From NCBI RefSeq assembly GCF_000143415.4, contig NW_003314292.1, positions 37,064 through 101,063 of the forward strand: a stretch of DNA of 64,000 bases, given 5' to 3'. How positions within the stretch are numbered: position 1 is the stretch's first letter; every line of letters starts with the position of its first letter. The position numbers and the translations under genes were made by a program. Below, piece by piece: positions 43,807-57,295 of the stretch. This DNA is from Selaginella moellendorffii (lineage: Eukaryota > Plantae > Lycopodiophyta). The notes under the pieces are model-generated. The model saw only the letters and a program-made list of their open reading frames with translations. It had not been told where the DNA came from and searched no databases.

Positions 43807-46800
43807 CGGAAATTATGCATATATAACACTTCATATAAAAGGATTAGAAATAACTAACACCATATACAAATCCACCAATGCTTCCTCTTGATATTCCTCT
43901 AAATTTTAGCCTAGCTCATCCACTAGAGAACTTTGATTGTCTTCCACCAATTCCCAAAAGGAAGGGATGACGTGAAGTTTAAGTGTTTGGTTATTATGTT
44001 ATATACTAATATTAGTATAGTGAGATTTTGATGGTTTTAATTTGGACCAGTATATAAGTTAGGGCTTTTGGGCTAATTAAGATGCATATTTATGTATTCC
44101 ATTTCTATATTCTATGCACTCATAGTTTAAATTTAATATATTATGAATTTATTTATTATTTTATTGGTTTTATTGTCCCCTATTCATTTAGCTATTGTAC
44201 TAAAATTTTTATATAATTATATTCAATTTATTTTTCATAATTTTAATAAGTTTTTTTGAGTTATTTTACTATTAATTATCAGTTAATACATATTTTAAGC
44301 TTAGTCCCCTACTCATAAATTTAAATTTAAAATCTGTTATACACATTTTTACATATGATAAGTTAATTTAAAATTAGATTTATTTTAAAAATATAAATTT
44401 TAATAATTATTTAATTTAATTTTTTCTATTCTTATTTTAAATCACAAAATATATATTTTTATATAAAGGCTTAAATTCTATAAGAAACATTTAACTCCAA
44501 GATATATAGAATTATTGAAGCTCTTATATTTACAAGCAAGCTATTAATTTGAAGCCCCATTTCCTAGATTGACATTTCAAGAATCTGAGTATTGTCAGTA
44601 TCATAATAAATAAACCTCATTCTCAAGATTAAAACTTAGTATATAAATTATTAAGAAAAGTTATAGTCATCATAATTTTTTTATTCTCCTTAAGCTCCTT
44701 GGAAGTTTATATAAAAAAGGAAAGTCATTGCTATTCATACTTAGCCCCCTAATATTTTATATCAAATTCCATCTCTATCTCTAAGTTTTACCAACATTCC
44801 ACTTTCACCTCCATATAATGATTTTCTTTTTGCTAGGGGCTTTAGTGAAGTAAAGTTAGATCTCCTTATATATGAAATTTTAGATTTTGCTACTAAAGAG
44901 GGATGGCCTCTAACGCTTCAATAGCAATGCCACATGTTTATGCAAGATTTTTCTTCTAACATGGTGGAACTACTTGGAAGTAAAGAACACTATTATATTT
45001 AGTGTTCAATATACTACTTTTTCTTGGACAAAACAAATGGCTTAATGGGTTTATAAACATTTCTTGAGCACTATAGCAATTGCCCAACTCCAGGTTTGGA
45101 AAATATGTATGTTGGATATATAATAGATTCAAGAATGAATTATAAACACACATCCACATTCGCTTCATGATGAAAAAAAAATCCTTTAGTAAACATTGCA
45201 TCAACTAAAGTGAAATATAGGGTTTTAGGCCATCCCATAGTGGAATGTAAGATTTAGAATTACTTTACTATACCATAAAATTTTCCATTAAATATATATA
45301 TATAAAATGTTATGATATTAGTTATAAGTAACATCCCCTGTTCTAAATGGTGTTATCACATCACATACAATTGTTTACAAAAAAGGAGATTCAACACACA
45401 AGCTCTACAAAGTGATAGTGGTAATCAAGAATGACAATTTACAATTATGATATATGACACTAATATTGTCACTGACATCTAACATTGTCACCAACATTTG
45501 ATATATGATATGCTTTCCATTTCATATAAGGATGCATTTCACTTTCTTCTGCCTCACCCTCAATATAGTGATTTCTTCCACACCTTCTATTTTGGTATTA
45601 TGGGGAAGATTCACCTTGCATTTGTTGAGCCATAGCTTCTATATACTTTAGGAGATTTCCAAAATCTTTAATTCTAGAAACTCTAGATGACTGTGATTTA
45701 TAAAACATAACTAAACATGTATTGAAATCTTAATAAATATAAGTTACCTCTTTAAGGTTGAAGGCAGCTCATGAAATCCTCTAAATTGGCATTTGAAGTA
45801 AATAATTTGAAGAAATAATGTTCTTTAATAGCAAACACCAATTTACCAAAGTCATGTGTTACCTCCACTATAGAACCACTACCTACCATCAGTACCTAGG
45901 AAACGTGCTGCAAATTTACTTGTCCATAAGGTTGGATATGATGGCAATGGAACTATTGTACCTAGGCAAAATGCATGCCACACGGTCGCTATCATAAAAC
46001 CTGTCATGCATGTTTCTACAAAAGGCATGATAGGTCCATATTATAACCTGGAAAATAAGAAATTTTAGAAATTATATAAAAGTATGAAATATCTATTCAC
46101 CTTTTTAGGCTTGCCTTGGACAACCAATATCAATCCCAACATGATCTATGATGTATCTGGAAGAGGACTTGAAATGAACTTCTACTATACATATCCTAAG
46201 CTTATACATCCAATTAGGGTCATTTGGTAGGATGAAAATGACATGGCTATGACATGGCTATCTTTGAGCACAAGTGCTTATGACAAGAGGAACATATCAC
46301 GCATGTGAAAAAGTTCCAATCCTCATCTTCCCTATCAATATTTGAAAGATTATCTAGAAAGTTGAAAAGAATAAAGTCCACAACTGAGAGCAAGGGCTTT
46401 TATATCTTTCCACACTAATAGTTGAACTGGCACTATATATCCATGTTCATAACATCTTTTGTGAAAGATGTCAATAATCTACTATAGGAGCCAATGTAGA
46501 CACTCATAGTGCCTCACTATGTTATTGGGGAAATAAGATAGACCTATAGGAGAATTAAGTGAATGAAAAAAGCAAAGAATAATATGCAACCATTATATGG
46601 CATGTTTTCGATGAGAGTTTCTCTAATTCCTAGTCACAAGCATCTTGTTGAGCTAAAATGAAATTTCTACCAACAGTCATTGCTATAAAAAGTAGGTGTT
46701 ACCATCTTCTGTTTGTAAAAGCCACTTTTGCTAACCTAGAGGTTGATATAATATTTTTGTGAACAAATCTTGGCTGTCTAGTGATGGAACACAAGCTTGA

Positions 46801-47539
46801 TCTAGAGCTTCCTCATCATCCTCTCTATCATCACTGACATTGCCATTGTTATTAGTATTAATAACTTCCTTCTGCACTAGTGTAAAAGTTTCCTTCCTTA
46901 AGAGCTTCAACTTCCAAGGGCATTCTATCTTCCATGCCTTTAAAATACTTGTAAACATTGTTGGATATATTCTTCCATCCTTTACATCTTTTGCAACTAG
47001 TTAAGTGCAAATTAGTGCCTTAAATAGCATGGCTCTATATCGATGATATCTATAGACTATATATTTATGAAATATCTTAGAAATCATATTATACCTGTAA
47101 GCCACAATAAAAAACTTACATTTGTGAGTGGAAATTTTAGCTATAGTCTCTATCCACTCCTTCAGCTTACAATTGTTTATAATGCATACTACTTTCTTCA
47201 ACTTTGAAGACTTTGCATATTGAATTTTATGGTCAATTAGTATAAGTTTAACTAAGAGCTCTTCTCGACTCTTCTTCAGATACACAAGTTTATAAGCATC
47301 TTGCTTGACCTTCACCAAAGGCAAGAAACCAAAACAATATAAAAAGGCTTTCATAAGTGAAAGGGAAAGATATACCTTGCACCATACTACAAGTATAAAA
47401 CTAATTGGGTTATTGAACCATATTGTATTATCATTCTGAGTGCATGAGTGCTAAAGAAGTGTTGCAAGATCATCTCCATAATGTTGTCAAATGTCATCCT
47501 CACTCAAAATTGCCAAAAAATGGAGTTGTCCCCTCACAT

Positions 47540-47740
47540 GGTGGTGGTGGTGGTGGTGGTGGTGGCAACAACAATGGCAATGTTGGTAGTCACAGTGGCA
47601 ATGGCAATGTTGGTATTCACAGTGGCAATGGTAGTGGCAATAGTGGTAGTGGTGGTGGCAGTGGTGGTAACTGTGGCAATGGCGATGGTGGTGGTGGAGG
47701 TGGCGATGGTGGTAGTGATGGTGGAAGAGGTGGTGGATCT
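47540..47740. repeat. GGT/GGC-rich low-complexity triplet repeat
   Basis: (ggt)n and ggcaat/ggtagt units. Confidence 0.85.
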
Positions 47741-48746
47741 CTAAGCGATAATATCTTTGTTGATGTGTTGATGAATATGTCGATTGTAATAGCCTCATTA
47801 GTGTCAAATTTAACTTTTCATATTCTCTTGGCTCCAGCAACATTTTTAGGTGGTACTATTTTCCTCTTCTGCAAGAAAAGAAAATCTCTAATCAAACTAA
47901 ACAAAGATAATAACAAATTCAAATAGTGAAAGATAAAAAGATAAAAGATCAGACTAGCCAAAGCTTAACATTAAGCACTTTGTGTTTCTGAAGGGCTGAG
48001 TGTAAGCCACAAATTTTTCCTTTTCAATTTGCTAACTTACCTCGTCTATCTGACCACCACGACCTTAGCCTTAGTTAAGTTCCCTTACCAAAGTTCCCAC
48101 CTATTATACCAGCTCCTATTTAGTCCTACTTAGTTTCAGCAAGCACAAACAATGGAGTGTTAGCCATCCATCCATGGATTCCTAAATTCTTTCCCAATCC
48201 TCCTCCCTGGGTTAGACTAGACTTAAAGTTCAGCTACACTCCCCATAAGCCCAAGTAGCCAAGCACACTAAGCCTTCAAACTCTTAACATCCCTTGGTAT
48301 AACAAAACTTGATTATAAGACCTTCTAAATCCCAAGCCTTGGGTGCAACATTTGCTTTGGGACACCGGGGGAAACACTATGGCCTAAAAGCCTAATATCA
48401 GTACCCTACTCCCCCACTTCCATCCCGAAGGAAAGGCCCAAACCCCTAGGAAGGGGAAGGACCAATGAATCACAAGATACTCAAGTGGGGCACCACTCTA
48501 TATGAGTTAAGAACACCATAGTCAATTTCCCTTTCAAGAGTGAGAGCTGCTCTTGAGCACTTCCTTGGGTGGCCCCTTTAGCACCACCTGAGTCTATACT
48601 CACTCCCACTCAAGGCCCTTAAGCCTTAGTCTTAACCTCAAGTTAGTTTGAAAGCACCATTGGAAAGTTCTTTCAATATTGGTTCCTAAACCTCATTATC
48701 TCTATTATACTTTTGGAACCCCTTATAGCAAACCACCCCCCCCCCC

Positions 48747-48846
48747 NNNNNNNNNNNNNNNNNNNNNNNNNNNNNNNNNNNNNNNNNNNNNNNNNNNNNN
48801 NNNNNNNNNNNNNNNNNNNNNNNNNNNNNNNNNNNNNNNNNNNNNN
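48747..48846. other. Assembly gap (100 N)
   Basis: Run of N. Confidence 1.
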
Positions 48847-49559
48847 CAGTTTGGATTTGATTTTGAACTTTGTCTCAAAGTTAGTCTTGGACTCAATTTC
48901 AGACTTGGTCTCGAACTCAGTCTTAGAGTCAATCTCGAACTTGGTCTCATCCAATGAATTCTTTATCATTTCAGCCTTGCTTTTGGGGATCCTTTACTCT
49001 ACAATACCTCAAGGAGTTGGTTCCTTACACCGAGGTTATTCAAATAACCTTGCCCCCTGAAAACTAGAATATTTTTGGTGAAGTCAAGTTGTGGTTTTGT
49101 TGTAGGAGCAAGAGAGAATTCAGTGAAGAACTAGTTGCAACAATCTACTACTGTGATTGTAGAGAGCCAAAGGGCTTTTGATGACATTATTCTTGAGTTG
49201 GCACTATGCTTCTCACTCTGGACATGCTACCAAACACATAAGTCAATTAGAAACTAAAAATCCTCAAGAAGGCTCATGCGAGTAGTTGTGAGTAAGGAGA
49301 AGCTTAATATCACTAAAATACTCCGAGTCTTGAGCAAATGGATGTGCATTAGTGATAGGCTAAAGTACAATAGAGATAGGGATAGGGGTCAAGTGCTAAC
49401 TCTCCCCTTTAACTACTCGTACATGGTGGCAACTACCACTTCTTCCTAAGTCCTGATTATCAAGATTGTAACCTTGAGTGTTAAGGTCGTAATCTTGACT
49501 GTCAAGAAAATGTTTGAATGCATAATTAATCTATTGTGCTTTAGTCTCCTATGACTGAA

Positions 49560-52500
49560 CGGAGCTTTGTCTTAAAGCTCCTACTGCTCCATCGAGTTGG
49601 TTGGCTTTGTTGGCACTAGATTTCCTACTAGTTTGACCTTGAACTTGTTGAGTTGTTGGTGGAACTCTTTGTCATTGTCATTTTCCTTGTCTTGCTCGCT
49701 CTCATTGTCATCTTCCATTATTGTGGGATGTTTCATCTTTAGAATGCAAATCTTGCTGTGGAGCTCCATGTTTTCTTTAGCAAGCTTGTTGTTGATGCAT
49801 TGTGTTTTCGCACATATTGTCCCTTGGAAGGATGTACCTCAAACACTCCTTTTGAGCTGCTGGATGTCGCTTTGGATCTTATTGAGCTTTGCATCCAAGG
49901 GTTAGAAGACAATGGTGTTGATCATGGCTTGCACTCCATTGCATAGAAAAACACTCATCTATTTGTTATGGAATTGCCTTGCGAAGTCCATCAGGATTGG
50001 CATCTACAGTGTTAGCTGGAGGCATTGCATTTCATCTACAAACTGGAGGAATGCCAAGATGAGCAACCGGTGTGGCAGTTCTAGTTCACATCATTGCTCT
50101 TGCTCTTGTTCCCTACATTATTCCTGGTCTGGATGCTCCCTGTTGTGGTGCTTATGGTGCTGCGGCATGGTGCTATCGTCAACTGGCACTTCTGTGGGTG
50201 GGGATGCTATCCCTTCTTTCTTGGCATGAACTACTACACCATTGGTCGAGGTGGTTATAGAGTCAAGATTGTTTTCTTGACTTTGTTCCTGACTCTTCTC
50301 CTCTAGTTCTTCCTTGGAGATAATGCTTTCAATTTGGCTTGTGGTTGATTTTGTCCTGTTCTTTGGAGGCGAGACTGTTGTCATCTTGGTCCTTTTTGCT
50401 GGTGGAGTTGTTGTTGGTGGCAAAAGCTCCTTCTTGTCCTTTTCTTCTTCCTCTTTGTCTTCTTCATAAGACATGTGGTATGGATCCTCTCTCTTCTTTG
50501 ACATGCATTCTCGCTTTCTCCTTTCTTGCAGTGTTGTCAGTGGTACTTTTATGCTGAGTGGAAATGTTGTGTCGAGAGCTGGCACAAGTGCAGAAGCATA
50601 AGGGAGTGTGAGAGTTTCACATTTCTGGCCACTATGGATCAATTTCATAGCTGAGTGGATTTTCTTGATGAGTTTTTTGCAGAGGTAGCTTGCAATGTCC
50701 ACTTTGACTTTGTGTTGCAAGTCATCATAGAGGATTGCAATGGCTTTGCTAGCAGAGCAACTCAACTTGTGCATCTCGAGAGTTGAGATGAGAAACTTGA
50801 GCCTTGGCTTTGCCTTGTCAGTGATATTGCTTATTTGAAGTGAGCTTTCAGAGTTGTAATTCTTAATGATCTTGATGCATCCTAGTGGCATCCCTTTTGT
50901 TCGTGATATGAATATGACTTGCTTTCCGCCAATTAGAAGCTTGAATACCCATGCAATGTAGCCTATGGTGAAGATATATTTATGTTCTCAAAAAGCTAGA
51001 AGCCTCTTCTTCGTGATGTCTATCTTGTACTCTTTCTCCATAGTGTAGGAAAACTCATAGAGGCCGACCTTGTGTAACTAATTGTCAAGTGCCCTTATCC
51101 TCTCCTATGCTGGATTGTAGGCAAAGAGAAGATTTGTGCTTTCTGGACTCACTGCTGTTGGCTCAAAGATGAACTCCTTTGTGAGAGGGTGCATTGTTGT
51201 GTTGTGTTGCTTCCCCATTGCTTGATCTCGGTGCTCAAAGATATAACTATAGGCACTAGGGTTAGGGTTTTGCCCTTTGCCCTAGAGTGTTGAGTTTGAG
51301 TCCTTGTAGTAACTTTCTTAAATTTTCTCTATATTGGTGGTAACATTGGAGAAGCTTGCTTCATGTTGGTCTTTGGTACGTTTGTTGATGAGTCTTGAGA
51401 GATTTGTTGGTCTCTAAGACTTTTTTTTGGTTGAAATTCTTTAAATTGTTGTTTTCTTAAGCTTAATTCTTCAAAGTCTTTCTTGTGTTGGATTTTTAAA
51501 CTTGAGCTTTGTGTTTCTTGATTGTGTTGAGATCTTGAGCTTGAACTTTGTAAACCTTGAATGTGTTGAATTCTTGAGGTTGAGTCTTCATAGTCTTGAT
51601 CTCTTGATCTTCATGCTTGTAGTTCTTTTTCATGTTTCGTTTTTGAATTTCAAAATTGAAACCTTCATTTCTTTCAAGGTTGCTATTAATTGCATTTGAG
51701 TCATACAATTGGTATTTTTTAAGTTTGTTGAGGTTGATGGTTTGAAGATGCTTGCTATTGAGTGTTATGATTACTGTTGTTCCTAGAGCTTTGAATTCTT
51801 AGATGAGAAATGGTCCTTTCCATCTTGACTTCACTTTAGAGCTGATTTCTCAATGTTTCCTCAAAACTAGAATACTTGATCATTGATCTTGAATTCTTTA
51901 GTTTTCTTTAGTCTTCTCTTTTTGTTATGGTTGGCTTTTCTTTGAGCTTAAATGCATTCTCCACAAAATTTTGCTAAGTCATGCCAAAGTGTTGGCCACC
52001 AGAGTTTTACTTGCAAAAATTTTTGAGTTGTGATTTCTTCTATAAAGTGGCCTCCTACTTGTCTATGGTGGGCTTTTTCGAGTAGATCTTGAATTTCTTT
52101 AGATTGTACACATCTTCATAGTACTTTGTCTTCTTTTTTGTATAGTCTTCCTCTTATGACTGAATATGGTTTTGTCTTCAAGTGTCTAAATCGCTTGTAG
52201 TCTTTTTTCATCAAGATTTTCTAGTGTTGTTAGTCTTCTCTTGATTGATTCTTCTTGGTTGATTTCATAATATATTGCCATTTGCAGTGAAGGAATGATG
52301 TACTCAAGTGGTGCCAAGGCTTCTAAGCCATAGGCAAGCTTAAATGGTGTCGAATTTGTTGAAACTTTGTATACAATTTGATATGCCCATAGAACATCAT
52401 AGATGCAATCATCTTAGACTTTCTGATTTGTCTTCATGATTTTCTTGAGGATATTCTTGAGTGTGTTATTTGTAGACTCTGCTTGACCATTGCCTTGAGG

Positions 52501-52794
52501 GTAGTATGATGTTGAAGCCTTGTGCTTGATCATGAATTCTTGAGTCAGAATCTCGATGGTTTTATTGATGAAGTGTATTCCTCGATTCGTGATGAGTTCC
52601 CAATGTAGGCCATATCATGTGATGATATTTTTATAGATGAACTTTGCTGTATTCTTTGTTGTTGCAATCTTCATTGGTTGAGCTTTGGCCTATTTTATCA
52701 TGTAGTTAGTTGCTATGAGGATGTGCTTGTTTTACTTGGAGATTTTATGAGTGGTTCAACAAAGTCAAATCCCCATTATTGAAATGGTTTTAGT
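49560..52794 (-). mobile_element. Decayed Ty3/gypsy integrase and 3' region with extra ORF remnants; host of the DNA transposon
   Basis: Integrase WGFDFV..PL, YYPQGNGQAESTN, TPFKLAYGL. K/T-rich ORF 50118-50891 lies downstream of pol. Confidence 0.7.
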
Positions 52795-53513
52795 AAGCTC
52801 TATTTCGTTAAAGTGGGATTTATTCAGTAAAATGGGACTAGGTACAAATTTTCAAGTATTTGAAAATGACGTGAAATTATATGTTTTTTGTCCAGGGGCT
52901 AGACATATTTGGGGCATGGTGACTAGCGCGGTGACTTTGTGTCCAGACTGAGTCCATCTGGTTGTATAATAAATCTCATTGTCAAGGTGAACAAGCCGAA
53001 TCTGAAGCTAAAGAAGAGAGATGGCATGCACGCACACACTATTTGTTTGTTCATTGAGCGTGTGGTGAGCTTTCCAAGATGAACGTCATTCCTATTAGCC
53101 AGACATATAACTTAATGGTGAGAATATTTAGATATTATTCAATGTTATCTTTTTCTAACGAATTTAATTGTGAAGGTGTAGCAAGAGGCATTGCTAGTCT
53201 GGAGAAGTCATTTAACTCATTTGACCCTTAGTGTATTTTCATGAAACTAAATAACATTCATATTATTAAGGAATTTCTCTAGTACCTTTTTTTTACGACA
53301 TAGAGGCTTGCATTTCTTTCAAAGGTGATTTAGTAAAAGGCCTAAGGGCACATGCCATTCTATTTCTCAGACCGGTATTAAGATATACTAGTGCAAAGGG
53401 AAAAAGGTATTTGGTGATCAAGTAAATGGCATGAGGGCACACGCCATTATAAGCCTAAGCGCTAGTGGACACCTCCTTTTTGGTGTCACGCCTCACGCCA
53501 TCACGCCATGCCA

Positions 53514-56500
53514 TCACGCCTCCTCTGATTCAGATTCGGATTGTTCACCTTGAAATAAAATACATTAGAAACTTAGTAAAGGAATATTAATGAATCTCAC
53601 CTTGAACCCGGGTTATGAATGCTCTTGCTGCATCTCTTGCATGGTCTGGCAAGGTGATGGTGGCACTCTGCTTCCGCATCCGACCATGCACAACATTATC
53701 CACCGATATGCTCATGCTGGGATCCCTTGGATTCAGCACCCATCTCTTTTCTAGGCAATCCTTCGTATATCTGGAACTTGGCTTGAACCACTCCACAGTT
53801 ACATTGAAGGAGTTAGTTTCCGCGTCCTCCTCTGCATCAGTGATGCAGCGCCCCACCCATATCATTTGTTTTTTATTACTGGGTCTGACAAGCACGACCA
53901 TTCCTTTGCAGACCTGTACTGGATTGAATGCTGAATCCGGCTTCTTGTTCCTCGGCCCACAATAGTGATCCTCAACATCGTTATCTGTCACTGCATTTCT
54001 AGAGGACATTGTTCTGCTACTATCTGGTGCTCTGGGTTCTGGCCAAAAGGACTCTTCCAATTCTTCATATACAACCGGCCCATTTTGGATAGCAGATATA
54101 ATCTTCTCCCAGTATTCGAGCAAAGGCTTGCACCTCTTAAAATAGGATTCTCCACCAAACACCAACCCCCTCTTCCAGAAGGCAATATGCTGTCTAATCC
54201 CGGCCACTATACTTTCCTGGTCTTTGAGTCCATCCGGGTGCATGGGCCGTGGGGAACCCTGAGGAATCATAGGTTCCCCAGTTATGGGATCTCTCTTGAA
54301 GAGTTCAATGCCGTCCACTAGCAGCCACAGTGTGTCCCATTCTCTCATCTTGTACCTCATCACTGGAGCACCGTCACGCATGTTGAAATGAAACTGAAGA
54401 GGCTTGGAGTGGCCAATTAGCGTTTCAGATCCATCCCTGATGTAGCCTCTTACAAACCCCTTAAAGTCTGGAACCTCTGTCACAAGTGCAGATTCAACAG
54501 TGCCTTTGATGCAATTTTGGAATTCATCGTAGAGTGGTGGGAGGGTGAGGACATTGGATCGCCGGAGGGACTCTGCCAGGTGACTGAACATGGCATCGAC
54601 GTCTTCATGAGTGTGCCCAACCATGAGAAAGCCAAGTGTAACCGTTTCAAATATGCCTTTGGCAACAAGCATCGCCAAGTACGCGAAGACGTACATGTTT
54701 TTGTTCTCACTGCCAGCATTGTCTGTTTGGAGCAGAAGATGGGGTGGAAGGCCACATCGGCCGCAAGAACTTCCTTGAGATTCTGCTTTGTTTGGATGAG
54801 GCTGTGCATTCACCGGGCGACCAGCCTCGTCAGAATGGCATGAGGCCTCACGTGATAACCCTACAATCTGACGGCCAACATATTCACTGGGATGGCATGG
54901 GGCCCCACGCGATACTGCAAGCCTTTGCTCCTCCTCCAGCTGAACCCTGTATGGGGTTTGATCGACAAAGGCCTTATGCAAGGGTTGGCCGTTCAGCTCA
55001 GTCTGCGCACTTTGCAAAGACCTTAAGTGTTTTGCTAGGGACGCAATCATCATGTTTGCACCCTTGCCACCCCATAGAGGTACAAAGAAGTTCCCATAGT
55101 TCTGGGCACCATGCCCATGAGCGATTATGCCAAACAGAGACACAGGCAGCTGCATGGATGAAGAGATTGCCTTGGGGGCAGGATTGAGTTGAGGTAAGCA
55201 CGTCTTTTTCTGGTCCATTTTGTCGTGGATGATGCAGAGGTAAGAGTCAAGTCTTTCTATGGAGAGAATTCTGTTATGATAATATGCAGTCCTGTAGCTT
55301 CTCTGCTCGATGTTGTGGTCGAGCCGCCTTCTAACCAACGTCTCTCGCTCTTGAGCGCTGCAAGAATTCTTCGACAAAGCCATTTTGATAGCAGTGCACT
55401 CGTCACACTTTGAAAAGCTAGAGTACTTTCCTATACTCACATCCCTGAACCTGTTGCTCCACAATCTACTAAATCTAGATTGGCTCAGCTTCCTGTAGCC
55501 ATTACTTTGGAGTTCCCGATTCACAACTTCCAATATGGCCCCCTTGGTATACATGGAAGGGAGAACTCGTTGGGTGTCTCGTGTTCCATCTTCCAAGAGG
55601 CGGGTTTTATGTGGTTGCTACTCGCTACATGTCTCGACAAACCTCTTGAAGATTGCCTCTCCATATACAACATGACCCTTATTTTTGTGCGTACCGTCGT
55701 TCCCATGGACTGCCTGTTGAACCCTTTGTTCCTCAAACTCAGTTTTGATTCTGTAGAATGTGCTTCGAGGGACTCCATAAATGATTCTCCATGCCTTCAT
55801 GCAGACCAAACCCTCTGGAAGACCATGCCCCCCACCTGATGTTCTGAAGCATCAACAGATGACCGTAATGCCTCATACACAAAATTGCGAGTTGCCTTCC
55901 AGGACAATGTCTTGTATCTTGCTCTCTCCTCTTCAATAGCATCCCAATCAGCATGTTGACAACACCTCCTCTTGCAACAAGCAACTGTCGAGACCATTCA
56001 AACCTCCATCGCCATTTTCTGCCTTTTCAGTTCGTTGCTCAGATCCCCTTGGCTGCGCTTTAGGAAGGTGTACTTTCTTTTCCCATGAAGAGATGTTCTG
56101 TCATCAGTTGTAGTGGTGTTTGATTGTGAATCCTTCACATTCTCAAACACTAAATGCCTCAATTTCCACCGCACAATGCTTCCAATAGTCAGACTATTTT
56201 CTTCTGTGTCAACAACCTCTAAAATCACAACTCCAGTATCATCCCAGCCCAATTCTTGATTAGCAACCGCATCTCTTGGATCGACAACTGTGGCTAAGCC
56301 CTCAGCTACCACCTCCCCCTCGGGGTTGTTTAGAAACACCTTTGCCTAAATCCATGTAGCACGGTTCTTAAGATCCACGGAGGGAACATGCGTTGCACTT
56401 GCGCTGTCCCCAACATCTACTTTCTTCTGCAGATTTTTCAAGGCAACAACAACATTTACCCTGACGACCATCTCTCCTCGTTCAATAGCGACCACATTCC

Positions 56501-56654
56501 CATCGAAGACAGTCTCTACTGATACAGCAGCATTGCCTTCCCCAAGCCTTTGACAGTGTATAACAAAGTTCCGATCCATAGACACAAGGGTCCCTTTTGC
56601 AACTCTCTTCCCACCATTCAAAATGTAAACCTTTTCCCCAACCCTGAAGGCCAT
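53514..56654 (-). pseudogene. Sola-like DDE transposase with N-terminal tandem Tnp1/En/Spm-like domains; several stops and a frameshift in the 5' third, core ORF 55596-53587 open
   Basis: CCKRRCC, VCMKAW..IYG, FSKCDEC, CIIHDKMDQ, LLLQTDNAGSENKN, FLMVGHTHEDVDAMFS. Candidate terminal exon 53548-53514 after a GT-AG intron. Superfamily assigned by motif recall. Confidence 0.8.
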
Positions 56655-56833
56655 TCTGAAAGTGCAGAAAAGAAGTTAAGACCATACAAAAAATGATTGG
56701 AGAATGGCCTAAATCATAACATACCAAATAGCATGAGGCCACATGCCATTATTCAAACATGCTATTGACACCCACGTGAAATTTCGCATTCACAAAATTG
56801 GCATGAGCCCTCATGCCATTAGTGGTACCACTA

Positions 56834-57025
56834 ATGGCATGAGGCCTCACGCTATCTTTGGCCCCTGCTAGCCTATTGCTATATTCCTTTTGCCTTGCTG
56901 CAACTGTCTCTTTGCGAGACACCGTGACTAGTCACCCATACAAAAATATATACAGTTGCAGCAAGGCAAAAGGAATATGGCAATAGGCTAGCAGGGGCCA
57001 AAGATGGCATGAGGCCTCATGCCAT
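56834..57025. repeat. Inverted repeat/hairpin: 74-bp arms (56834-56907 and 56952-57025), 44-bp loop
   Basis: Arms are reverse complements with 3 mismatches; each arm ends in the 20-bp palindrome. Confidence 0.92.
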
Positions 57026-57214
57026 CTTGATATACACACAGCTGCAGGCAAGTAAAAACATACATGACAATACGCTAGCCATGAAATTGCAAGGGCCCAA
57101 GATGGCATGTGGCCTCATGCCATTTCTAAATGTGGTCCTAAGCCATTCCATGGTGAACATACCAGGAAGCACAAGTGCCGAATATCAAGAGGAAGCGGTA
57201 GCCACACCAAAGAC

Positions 57215-57295
57215 AGTGCCGCTCGCAACACCGCAACTACTCGTAGTGCCGCTCGCAACACCGCAACTGCTCGTAGCGCCGCTCACACAAACTGC
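57215..57295. repeat. 30-bp tandem repeat (about 2.6 copies)
   Basis: gtgccgctcgcaacaccgcaact(a/g)ctcgta units. Confidence 0.85.

Noticed and set aside
44950-47400. Possible decayed DNA-transposon gene with small introns
   Set aside because: Splice-like signals are present but I could not identify a diagnostic motif.
47423-47926. Gly-rich (plus) and His-rich (minus) ORFs
   Set aside because: Explained by GGT triplet low complexity in AT-rich decayed sequence; no supportable gene model.
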